A stretch of DNA of 33,479 bases, from positions 1 through 33,479 of IMG/VR virus record IMGVR_UViG_3300029825_000030. One strand, given 5' to 3'. This document shows positions 8,381 through 15,665 of the stretch, piece by piece. Within the stretch, counting starts at the first letter, position 1. Every line of letters starts with the position of its first letter. The DNA is from a virus. The translations under genes and the position numbers were made by a program. A model generated the notes under the pieces. It saw only the letters and a list, made by a program, of their open reading frames with translations, made no database searches and had not been told where the DNA came from.

Positions 8381-8981
8381 CTATCACCTCGTTTTATCCG
8401 GGTGCCGAAGGCCTGTTCGATCGCCGCCGCGTCCGGTGCGTCGGCGGGCGCCTGGGCAGCGCTGTGTGGCGTTGCCGGGGCGGGATCGAGCCGATACGTC
8501 ATTTCCGTCGCGTAGGCGCCATACATCAGGAGTTGCGCCCACGATAGGCGATCGAGGCAGTAGTCCGGCGTCCACCCGTAGATCCGGCAGAGGCGGGCGA
8601 CGATCCGGCCTGCCTCGATTACGGGTTTTTTACCTCCCCCTCCTTGTCACCCTTGTCCCCGCCACCCCACCGGCGGAACGCCTGCGCGATAACGACCTGT
8701 GTCAGCCCTGCGAGCTGCGGCCGGGTGAGGTTGGCCATCAGCCACTCGTAGGTAATCTTGGGGTTGGATATGTGGCAGATATCTGCGATCGCCATGACCA
8801 TCTCGCCGTCAGGGATTTTGTCAAACCCGCCGTGTTCCTGCGTCGCCTGCGTCAGGGTCAGCGTGCCGCGAGCAGGAACGATCGTGAGATCGATCTCCTC
8901 AATCTCGCTGCCGTTGCCGATGCGGACGATCACTGGTTTCGGCGAAAGGGTGGAGAGGTCGATGATCTCGACCATCGTCAC
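8377..8981 (-). CDS. Tail assembly chaperone G-T fusion made by a programmed -1 frameshift at A_AAA_AAC (8625-8631)
   Basis: I translated the -1 frame by hand from the heptamer. It stays open for 83 codons (KKPVIEAGRIVARLCRIYGWTPDYCLDRLSWAQLLMYGAYATEM...IKRGDR*). It stops at TGA 8377-8379, which overlaps the tape-measure ATG. This frame has no start codon of its own. Confidence 0.6.
8619..8981 (-). CDS. Tail assembly chaperone (gpG-like)
   Basis: 120 aa, located between the major tail protein and the tape measure. It ends ...GEVKNP* with a slippery A_AAA_AAC heptamer just before the stop. Confidence 0.75.
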   Translation of the reverse strand: MTMVEIIDLSTLSPKPVIVRIGNGSEIEEIDLTIVPARGTLTLTQATQEHGGFDKIPDGEMVMAIADICHISNPKITYEWLMANLTRPQLAGLTQVVIAQAFRRWGGGDKGDKEGEVKNP

Positions 8982-9787
8982 ACCGCCTGCTCGTCGTAGA
9001 TCTGGATGACGTTCTCCCCGTCGTCAAGCGTCGGATCGGGCCGCGCTGTCAGAGTGATCGGGATGCCAGCAGGTTCTCCGCCCGCGTCCGCCGTAAACGT
9101 GTGCTCGAAGTTGGACGACAGTTTGACCTTGAATAGCCGATACCGGTACTTCTTGCCGGCGGCGTTGGTGTTCGTCATCTGCACGGCGATGTACTTCGGG
9201 GTGGACCCCTTGCCGCCGAGTTTGATGGTCTTCGACGCGATCGGGGTGTAGCCGTAGGTGATCGTGAGCACCTGGTCGTCCGTGGTGACCGTATCCGAGT
9301 CGAGCACGACAATCCCGGTGACGCCCTCGTCGTCGGTGATGACGTGATAGTCAGTCCCGGCAACGAGCGCCGGGTTCGTTGACCCGGCGACCGATGCGAT
9401 CGTCGCGCTCGGCTGGTCGGTCACGGGGATGAACGTGGAGTAGTCCCACGCACCAGACGCGACGTTGAGGGTCTGTCCGCTGACGGGGGTGGTGGTTGTG
9501 GCCGTGACGGTCCCGAGCCCGAGTTTTTCGAGCGTCGCGAGCGTCCACTCGTGGAGTGTTGCTGTAACCTCGGCGCCGGTGATCTGGTCGGACACATCCA
9601 CTTCGGGCGCGTTGTCCGGCTGGATGGTGATCGATTCGCGGTTCACGGTGAGTTTCGCGCCCTTCAGGATGCCAACGTCGGTCATGCTGGCAAACGCCCC
9701 CGGGTGGTCCTCGACCTCAAGTTTGCAGGAGCCGAGCCGGATCGCGGCCGGGTTCTGCACGGATGTCTGGAAAGTCATTATCTTCAC
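8978..9787 (-). CDS. Major tail (tube) protein
   Basis: 269 aa, positioned between the tail terminator and the chaperones. It is T/V-rich and beta-rich, typical of siphovirus tube proteins. Confidence 0.7.
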   Translation of the reverse strand: MKIMTFQTSVQNPAAIRLGSCKLEVEDHPGAFASMTDVGILKGAKLTVNRESITIQPDNAPEVDVSDQITGAEVTATLHEWTLATLEKLGLGTVTATTTTPVSGQTLNVASGAWDYSTFIPVTDQPSATIASVAGSTNPALVAGTDYHVITDDEGVTGIVVLDSDTVTTDDQVLTITYGYTPIASKTIKLGGKGSTPKYIAVQMTNTNAAGKKYRYRLFKVKLSSNFEHTFTADAGGEPAGIPITLTARPDPTLDDGENVIQIYDEQAV

Positions 9788-10155
9788 TCTCTGTAGGTGA
9801 CTCTGAAGTCACAGGGGATGTGATACAGGCGGGTTTCGGCCTCGTAGAGTTCCGGTGCGTTGAGGAACTGGATACTCTCGATCGCTGTGCCGTCCACGAT
9901 CCCACGGTAGTCGTCGAGCGCTGCAATGACGGCCTCGGCGAGTTGCCGGACCGTCGCGAAGTCGTCCGCCCAACAGGATATCTGCATCCGGGGAGGGCGG
10001 ATCGTCTTGAAGATCCGGGCATCGGAGACTGTCAGATACTTGATATATGGCGTTGTGATCGGGCCGTCGACGTGGATCGGGTATACCCGGGTCCCGACGA
10101 GGGCGGAGACCCCTGCGTCGTTCACCAGGATCTGCCGTATGGCCTTCTGAATCAT
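9784..10155 (-). CDS. Tail terminator or tail completion protein (DUF3168-like)
   Basis: 123 aa with the right synteny. The N-terminus MIQKAIRQILVNDAGVSALVGTRVYP is typical of this family, judged from memory. Confidence 0.55.
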   Translation of the reverse strand: MIQKAIRQILVNDAGVSALVGTRVYPIHVDGPITTPYIKYLTVSDARIFKTIRPPRMQISCWADDFATVRQLAEAVIAALDDYRGIVDGTAIESIQFLNAPELYEAETRLYHIPCDFRVTYRE

Positions 10156-10616
10156 ACCCCTTCCCTCCGGATCGCATCCTGAATCCCGGCGGCGATGATT
10201 CGCCGGATCTTGTCGGCATTCTCGTCGAGCGCCGGGCGGAGGAATGGTTGCGCATCCATGCCGGGTTTTGGGCCGTAGATGTAGTCGTCCGGATGCTCAA
10301 CCCCGGAGGCGTCGCCCCTGCGACCGGTTCCGTACTCGACAAACGGCGCGTATTCGACATTCGTCCCGACGACGCCGGAAACCCGATTCCCCTCCACCAC
10401 CGGCTCTTCGGCGGTGATAGAATTCCGCAGGCGCCCGCCGGTGTATCCGGGGCGGGACACTCCGACCGGGCACCTGCGCTTCGCCTCCCTCTCGACCTTG
10501 AGTTCGCCCCGCCAGACGCCTTCGGCGAGCACGCCCGGGGCCCGGTCGCCGAGGTTCTGGAGCCTCCGGATCAGATCGTCCCCCCCGGCAACGTTGAGGC
10601 CAGGCATCAGAACCAC
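10152..10616 (-). CDS. HK97 gp10-family neck/tail completion protein
   Basis: 154 aa with the motif VGTNVEYAPFVEYGTGRRG...AQPFLRPAL, characteristic of the HK97 gp10 family. Confidence 0.7.
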   Translation of the reverse strand: MVLMPGLNVAGGDDLIRRLQNLGDRAPGVLAEGVWRGELKVEREAKRRCPVGVSRPGYTGGRLRNSITAEEPVVEGNRVSGVVGTNVEYAPFVEYGTGRRGDASGVEHPDDYIYGPKPGMDAQPFLRPALDENADKIRRIIAAGIQDAIRREGV

Positions 10617-10840
10617 CCCAAGAGTTTCAGGGCGCCGGCGACGACCCCGCCGGCAACGGCTCCGGCCCCGCTACTGGTTGCAGCGAGACGGCCGAGGCCC
10701 TGGTTGCACTGCGCCTCCAGGATCCGGAGCCGGGCCTCGTGGTCGTTGGCAGCCTCGGAGACCGCCGACACCTCGCCGTAGATCAGGATCAGTAGTTCCC
10801 GGTCGGTCAGGGTGCCGAGGGTGTTCTCTGGCAAGCTCAC
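10607..10840 (-). CDS. Small protein with a C-terminal TM segment (77 aa, GTG start)
   Basis: In-frame GTG at 10838-10840 overlaps the upstream stop (GTGA). The C-terminus is glycine/alanine-rich and hydrophobic (AGAVAGGVVAGALKLLGWF). The longer ORF in the track overlaps the upstream gene. Confidence 0.5.
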   Translation of the reverse strand: MSLPENTLGTLTDRELLILIYGEVSAVSEAANDHEARLRILEAQCNQGLGRLAATSSGAGAVAGGVVAGALKLLGWF

Positions 10841-11187
10841 GTCGCCGCCTCCAGTTCCGCTTTCAGGTGAGAGATGCTCGTCGGCCCGTAGATTGCCTTC
10901 ACCGCCTTCACCGTGTAGGTCTTGCCGAACCCGAGGGGGCCGTCGGAGACGGTGTCTCGCTCGGCGATCGCCGTCTCTGCGGGAAGGAGGACTCCCGGCA
11001 GTATCTGGAAGACCTGCCCGCTGGCGAGGTCCAGACGCCGGGTCTGGGTGCCCGGGTTCGTGAACCGGCACCTGACGCCCGTCTGCGTGGTCGTGGTGGT
11101 CTTGGGCACGCCGAAGTCGTCGACCTCCCCCGTGTCTGCCTGGTGCGTGATGGTGCAGGTGTGGATCAAAAGAGCGCCCGGGATCAT
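10837..11187 (-). CDS. Head closure / head-tail joining protein (SPP1 gp16-like)
   Basis: 116 aa; call based on synteny and size, between the gp6-like connector and gp10-like genes. Confidence 0.6.
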   Translation of the reverse strand: MIPGALLIHTCTITHQADTGEVDDFGVPKTTTTTQTGVRCRFTNPGTQTRRLDLASGQVFQILPGVLLPAETAIAERDTVSDGPLGFGKTYTVKAVKAIYGPTSISHLKAELEAAT

Positions 11188-11555
11188 CCGTTCACCCTCC
11201 TGACAGAAACCCGCGATCCGCGGCGCCGGGCGAGGTATCGTCCGACAGCCTCCCGGGCAAGGGACTCGTGGTAGTCGATCTCGTTCTGAGTGTTGTTCCC
11301 GATCGTGAGGTCTCCACCGAGGTTGAGCGAGTTCGTGCGCTCGTTCATGAGCCGGCCCCGGTCGATGATCGTGGCGATCGTGTAGTGGACGGATGCCGTC
11401 TCCAGGTCGAGATCCCCGGCGGTGCCGGTTAGTGTGGCCTCGGCGAGGGCGGCATCGATCCGCCGGTCGGACTTCTCAATGAGGGCGGTGATCGTCTCGG
11501 TGGCGAGCATCGTCCCGGATGCCAGGACTACATCGGCGGGGGCACAGTAGGTCAA
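11184..11555 (-). CDS. Head-tail connector (gp6-like) protein
   Basis: 123 aa. The N-terminus YCAPADVVLASG...TITALIEKSDRRIDA resembles gp6-like connectors, and it lies downstream of the capsid gene. Confidence 0.55.
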   Translation of the reverse strand: MTYCAPADVVLASGTMLATETITALIEKSDRRIDAALAEATLTGTAGDLDLETASVHYTIATIIDRGRLMNERTNSLNLGGDLTIGNNTQNEIDYHESLAREAVGRYLARRRGSRVSVRRVNG

Positions 11556-11809
11556 TGCCCCACCTCCGGCAGGTCCCGGTGATCGAACGGCACCGGGCGG
11601 GTGTTGACATCGACCGGCGAGGTCTCAGTGATCAGGTTCTCATCGAGCTGGTAGCCGAGCCCGTCGAAGGGGCCGGTGCCGTAAACCTCGTAGTACTCGC
11701 ACTCTTCTGCGGTGAACTGCCGCATGTCGTAGAGGCACCGCTGCCGCTCACCGTCCGGGTCGTTCCATTCCCGGGTCAGGTATTTCCCGCTGTTCTGCTT
11801 GGAGAGCAT
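11552..11809 (-). CDS. Hypothetical protein (85 aa)
   Basis: ORF coupled to the downstream connector gene by a 4-nt overlap. Confidence 0.5.
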   Translation of the reverse strand: MLSKQNSGKYLTREWNDPDGERQRCLYDMRQFTAEECEYYEVYGTGPFDGLGYQLDENLITETSPVDVNTRPVPFDHRDLPEVGH

Positions 11810-11831
11810 GGGGGAGAGATCCTCCTCACGC

Positions 11832-12827
11832 TCAGTACTGCACGCGGTATGTGGCGTTCGCGATGAAACGGGCCGCGTCGAACCGGGCAGTGACCTTCAT
11901 CCCGACGAGGTCGCGGATCGGGTCACTGTACTGCTCGATGGTGACGTCCTCGCGGATACCAATCCCCCCGGCGGCGTTGCGGTCGACGACGAGCGCCCCG
12001 ATGTAGTCGTTCGTGCCATATCCCCAGGTGTAGGTGGCGGAATCGTCGGTGACGCCGCAGATGTTGGAGTTGCAGCCGAAGAGCTGCGGGAGGCGGCCGG
12101 TCCTGAGCACGGAGTCCGCAGACGAGCCGTTCAGCCCCGAGACCCGGTCGATCACCGCCCCGTAGGCGGTCGGGAAGTAGACGATATCGGTCGGGGTGTG
12201 CCCGAGCCCGATCATCCCCCCGATAGCGGATGTGATACCGCTGACGAACGCCGCCCCGGTCCCGGTTGCGGCACAGTCGGCGGCGGTGCCCGACCCTTCC
12301 AGGATGACGGAGAGGGCACGACGGTTGAGGGCGTTCTCGATCTTGTAGCCAGCCTTACGGATCTCCTGGGCGATGACGTCGAACTTCGCGTCGGCGACCA
12401 TCTCCCGGGTGATGAGCGGCCGCTCGCCGTACTTGACGGCGGTGAGCGTGGCCGGGTCGTATTCCTGCGTGGCGATCGGGATCTCCGCACCTTCGGCGAC
12501 CTGCGGCGCGTAGCTGCCCGTCTCGCCGAGAGGTATGGTCATGACCTGCGTCGGCATCCGGAAGACCGGGAGGACGTTCCGCATGCACTTCGCGGGCTCC
12601 GACCCTTCGACCACCGTAGCATAGGCCTCGGTCGGGATCAGGTTGGTCGCAGCCAGCCCCTCGGCGAGGAGGAGTTCGCGAGCGCTCTCGACCTTACCGT
12701 CGTCGGTCATGTAGGCGAGTTTCCGCGGCACGCGGACCTCAACGGCCCGCTTCAGTTCCCCGGGCCCCATGTGGGCCATTTCAAGGTAGTCCGCCAGGCG
12801 GCGGGTATGAACGAAGGATTCAGTCAT
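11832..12827 (-). CDS. Major capsid protein, HK97 fold
   Basis: Start refined to the ATG at 12825-12827 (MTESFVH...), which clears the upstream gene. It is 331 aa and follows the protease/scaffold and decoration genes. Sequence pattern is typical of the family (PLITREMVADA...IENALNR...). Confidence 0.85.
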   Translation of the reverse strand: MTESFVHTRRLADYLEMAHMGPGELKRAVEVRVPRKLAYMTDDGKVESARELLLAEGLAATNLIPTEAYATVVEGSEPAKCMRNVLPVFRMPTQVMTIPLGETGSYAPQVAEGAEIPIATQEYDPATLTAVKYGERPLITREMVADAKFDVIAQEIRKAGYKIENALNRRALSVILEGSGTAADCAATGTGAAFVSGITSAIGGMIGLGHTPTDIVYFPTAYGAVIDRVSGLNGSSADSVLRTGRLPQLFGCNSNICGVTDDSATYTWGYGTNDYIGALVVDRNAAGGIGIREDVTIEQYSDPIRDLVGMKVTARFDAARFIANATYRVQY

Positions 12828-12832
12828 GGGTA

Positions 12833-13264
12833 TCACGCTCCTGCCTTGGGCACATGCTGGATCTGCACCTCGATGTAACCGGTCGAGTTCGCGGCGACAT
12901 CCTCCTGCGCGACGCCAACCCACCAGGCGGCGGCGGTGTCGGTCCCGGTGATGATGCACCCGGCGGTGTCGTCGACCATGACGCCATGTCCGGCGTCGAT
13001 CGCGGCTCCGGCCCCCTCACAGGCGAGCAGGACCGAGCCGTTCCCGGCCACAGCTACGAGGGCATCCTTGGCTGCAGAGTACAGGGCGATGCCGGCGGGG
13101 GCCTCAGTGGTCCCGGCGACGCAAGGGTGTACGGTGTCGGCGACGCCGGTGCCGTGGAAGGCCACGACCTGCCCGGCGAGGATTGCCGCGCCGGCCTTGT
13201 AGGTCTTCACGCTGCCGAGATGCTTCGGCTTCGGGTCAAATGCTGCGGGTGTAGTGTCTGCCAT
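12833..13264 (-). CDS. Head decoration / DUF2190-like protein
   Basis: 143 aa, Gly/Ala-rich beta protein (AGQVVAFHGTG...GIALYSAAKDALVAVAGNG...) immediately upstream of the capsid gene. Confidence 0.6.
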   Translation of the reverse strand: MADTTPAAFDPKPKHLGSVKTYKAGAAILAGQVVAFHGTGVADTVHPCVAGTTEAPAGIALYSAAKDALVAVAGNGSVLLACEGAGAAIDAGHGVMVDDTAGCIITGTDTAAAWWVGVAQEDVAANSTGYIEVQIQHVPKAGA

Positions 13265-13265
13265 T

Positions 13266-14105
13266 TCAGAGCCCCCTCACGGTCTTCGTTTCCTTGTCGA
13301 TCACGACGAGGGTCTCGACCTCGCCGAGTTCTCGCTCCGGGGCGGGACCGGGGACGGTCGCTGCCGGGGCGGGCTGTGCTTCGAGCTGCTTGACCTTCTC
13401 GGTCAGAGCCTTGATCGCAGCCAGGGCCTCTTCCAGCTCCTTCGGTGCGGGTGCAGGTTCGGGCGTGGCGTTGGCGGCGGCCTTCACGGCCTCCAGCTCC
13501 TTCGTCAGCGCCTCGATCTTCGCTTCGAGTTCCTTGGTGTCTGACATTTCGGATTCCTCCTCTTCCGGCGCCTCGTTCCCCCGGATCGTGCATTTCTGGC
13601 ACGCGCCCCGGTTCACGATCGCGACGCCGTAAAAGATGATCTCTGCTGCTTCGTACTGCCGGGTCTCCGCGTTCCACTTCTCCGGACCGCCGTGCTCGAC
13701 GCTGACGTAGTTGACCTCGCCTGCTTTGACGAGCGCGATGGTGTCCCGGCTCTTCTGCGTGAGTCCGTGGAGCCGAATGTCGCCGACGACCGCCCGGTCC
13801 GCATAGCGAGGATCATCCACGACCCCGATCTTCTCGGTGATGTCGCGGGGGGTCCTGCCGAGGTGGCGGCTCCAGGCAGAGCGGTCTCGCCAGTTCGCCG
13901 CGTTCGCTTCGAGCGAGCGGGCAGGGTAGAATAGCGGAGTGCCGACGGCGCTGTCGGTCCACGTCCCCTCAGCGAGGAGTTTTACGTCGTGGATGAGCAG
14001 CCCGCCGTTCGGCAGATCTTCGAGGTTGTCCCTCGACAGTTCCAGCCCGAGCTCTCGCCGGAAGGGGCGAGATGCCGTGGGAGACGGATCTCCGGTACTG
14101 GGCAT
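13266..14105 (-). CDS. Capsid maturation protease / scaffolding protein (N-terminal globular domain plus C-terminal coiled-coil)
   Basis: 279 aa. The C-terminal acidic coiled-coil (EEEESEMSDTKELEAKIEALTKELEAVK...KALTEKVKQLEA) is typical of scaffolds. It lies between the minor head protein genes and the decoration/capsid genes. Confidence 0.55.
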   Translation of the reverse strand: MPSTGDPSPTASRPFRRELGLELSRDNLEDLPNGGLLIHDVKLLAEGTWTDSAVGTPLFYPARSLEANAANWRDRSAWSRHLGRTPRDITEKIGVVDDPRYADRAVVGDIRLHGLTQKSRDTIALVKAGEVNYVSVEHGGPEKWNAETRQYEAAEIIFYGVAIVNRGACQKCTIRGNEAPEEEESEMSDTKELEAKIEALTKELEAVKAAANATPEPAPAPKELEEALAAIKALTEKVKQLEAQPAPAATVPGPAPERELGEVETLVVIDKETKTVRGL

Positions 14106-14125
14106 GTACTACTATGCGCCCCCCC

Positions 14126-14145
14126 GGATATATGGGAATTTATCT
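14126..14145 (-). promoter_or_regulatory. TATA-like promoter motif (minus sense AGATAAATTCCCATATATCC), 21 nt upstream of the ATG at 14105
   Basis: The 17-bp core tatatgggaatttatct (14129-14145) repeats exactly at 14347-14363. The ggatatat element and its spacing are shared with 1474-1486. Confidence 0.5.
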
Positions 14146-14177
14146 GTACCGGGTCCGGGCAGAGACTAAAAAGAGGA

Positions 14178-14324
14178 TCAGGGAGTCGTGGCGGGTTTCT
14201 GGATGAGCATGAACTCTTTCCCGTCGGAGATCGGGATCACCTGGATCTCCACCGTCGTTGCAACGGCCTCGATCGCAGCCTCGATCGCGGCGGCCGGGTG
14301 GTAAGAGACGGCATAATTCGTCAT
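14178..14324 (-). CDS. Hypothetical 48-aa protein, below the ORF-track size cut-off
   Basis: Hand translation: MTNYAVSYHPAAAIEAAIEAVATTVEIQVIPISDGKEFMLIQKPATTP*. It is preceded at ~22 nt by the second copy of the promoter motif. Confidence 0.4.
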   Translation of the reverse strand: MTNYAVSYHPAAAIEAAIEAVATTVEIQVIPISDGKEFMLIQKPATTP

Positions 14325-14345
14325 GCTCTAAGGTAGCCCCGAGAA

Positions 14346-14363
14346 GTATATGGGAATTTATCT
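14346..14363 (-). promoter_or_regulatory. Second copy of the TATA-like promoter motif (minus sense AGATAAATTCCCATATAC)
   Basis: Exact 17-bp repeat of 14129-14145, lying 22 nt upstream of the ATG at 14324. Confidence 0.5.
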
Positions 14364-14534
14364 ACAGGATGCGGACCGCTGCAGGCGCTGGAGGTGCTTC
14401 CGCACCCCGTCCTTAGTGATCGACACCCCGTAGAGCACACTGAGGTTATACGCGATCTCGGCCGGGAACAGGCGGCCCTTGTTCGCGAGGATGTATGCCT
14501 GCATCTCCGGGGTGATCCGCTTGCCAGAGGTCAC
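14358..14534 (-). CDS. Small HTH-like DNA-binding protein (58 aa, GTG start)
   Basis: GTG at 14532-14534 overlaps the upstream stop (GTGA). Sequence: VTSGKRITPEMQAYILANKGRLFPAEIAYNLSVLYGVSITKDGVRKHLQRL. The longer N-terminal extension in the track looks non-coding (Arg/Ala-rich). Confidence 0.45.
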   Translation of the reverse strand: MTSGKRITPEMQAYILANKGRLFPAEIAYNLSVLYGVSITKDGVRKHLQRLQRSASCR

Positions 14535-14674
14535 GGGACCCGCCTCCGGAAGATGTGCATCGATATCCTCGCGATCTGCTCTTCGAGATCCGTGATCTGC
14601 TGCTGCTGTGCATCGAGCCGCTCTTCGAGCGTGACCCGCGAGGTGCGGCCCATTGGTGCATTTACCTTCGTCAT
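14531..14674 (-). CDS. Hypothetical 47-aa coiled-coil protein, below the ORF-track cut-off
   Basis: Hand translation: MTKVNAPMGRTSRVTLEERLDAQQQQITDLEEQIARISMHIFRRRVP*. Its ATG overlaps the Mu-F-like gene stop (ATGA) and its stop overlaps the next GTG. Confidence 0.45.
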   Translation of the reverse strand: MTKVNAPMGRTSRVTLEERLDAQQQQITDLEEQIARISMHIFRRRVP

Positions 14675-15447
14675 AGTGGGTCCTCAATTACCGGGAGCAG
14701 CGTGCACCGGCACATCGGGTGCAGCGGGCAGGGCGGCGCCTGGGCGATGTCGAAGACCTTGCCGTTCAGGGCGGCGCATTGATCGCAGGTGTCGCCGTGC
14801 CCGGCGGTGAGCCATTCGACCTTTCGGATGCCGTGCTGGCTGTACCGGAGTTTCGCACCCTCGTTCGAGGCATACATCGTCTCGGTGTGCGCCATGAGGC
14901 GGGCTCGGTTGTACCCGATCCCCTCGACCTCGGCCATGAGGCGCTTGCGGAGTTTGACGACGCCCTCCCCGTTGTTGATGCCCTCGGTGAGGCTGCGGAT
15001 GATCGCCTTGTTGGTCTCGGCCGTGATGCCTTTCAGCGCCGAGAGGTTCCGGGCCTGCAGAACGTCGATCACGCGCCAGTCGGCCGGTCCCTCCCCGAGT
15101 TTCGAGGAGATGCCAACCCGGGCGAGGGCACGCTCTGCGTACAGGACGCCGTGACGGAATCCCGTCTCCGCCGACTCGTTGATGACCCGCCCCCCGGGGG
15201 CGAGGATTACCTCCTGGGCGAGCGGGTCCAGTCTGGCCAACCAGGAGATCTGGATGTACGGGGGTTCGAGAGCCCGGGCCTCGTTCTCCCGGGCAAGGTC
15301 GAGTGAGGCGAGGGCCGCGGCCCGGTAGCGGCGGAAGAGGGCGACGAGTTTCCGCTCGTAGGTCTTCCGGCGGGTCTTCGACTGCATCGGGTCCTGCCGA
15401 GTGCTGCGGGAGAGGGTGCGGACCGCTGAAGAGGTGCTGAGTGCCAT
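14671..15447 (-). CDS. Minor head protein, phage Mu F / SPP1 gp7-like
   Basis: Start refined to the ATG at 15445-15447 (MALSTSS...). C-terminal signature: YNRARLMAHTETMYASNEGAKLRY...VEWLTAGHGDTCDQCAALNGKVF...PLHPMCRCTLLP. Confidence 0.8.
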   Translation of the reverse strand: MALSTSSAVRTLSRSTRQDPMQSKTRRKTYERKLVALFRRYRAAALASLDLARENEARALEPPYIQISWLARLDPLAQEVILAPGGRVINESAETGFRHGVLYAERALARVGISSKLGEGPADWRVIDVLQARNLSALKGITAETNKAIIRSLTEGINNGEGVVKLRKRLMAEVEGIGYNRARLMAHTETMYASNEGAKLRYSQHGIRKVEWLTAGHGDTCDQCAALNGKVFDIAQAPPCPLHPMCRCTLLPVIEDPL

Positions 15448-15665
15448 TACCTCGGGCCCTCGTCCCATTTCAGGAAGATCGAGTCGACTTCGATCTGACT
15501 CGACCCGGTGAGGATGACTTTCCGACCGTCCTTCAGCCTGAGAGCCAGGAGGGCAAGAGCCCCTTCGCCGTCGTCGCAGGTTTCCTCGACTACGGCCCCG
15601 ACAAGCGCCTCCTCCGGGATGAGGTCCCGCCGCCGCTCTCTGGAGTTGTAGACCTGGAGACTCAT
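15447..15665 (-). CDS. Hypothetical protein (72 aa)
   Basis: The ATG at 15663-15665 overlaps the portal stop (ATGA), and its stop overlaps the next ATG (TAATG). Confidence 0.5.
   Translation of the reverse strand: MSLQVYNSRERRRDLIPEEALVGAVVEETCDDGEGALALLALRLKDGRKVILTGSSQIEVDSIFLKWDEGPR

Noticed and set aside
14358-14687. A single 109-aa ORF as given in the track
   Set aside because: Its N-terminal half is Arg/Ala-rich and overlaps the Mu-F-like gene's stop region. A better model is two coupled small genes, 14531-14674 (another frame, ATGA overlap) and 14358-14534 (GTGA overlap).
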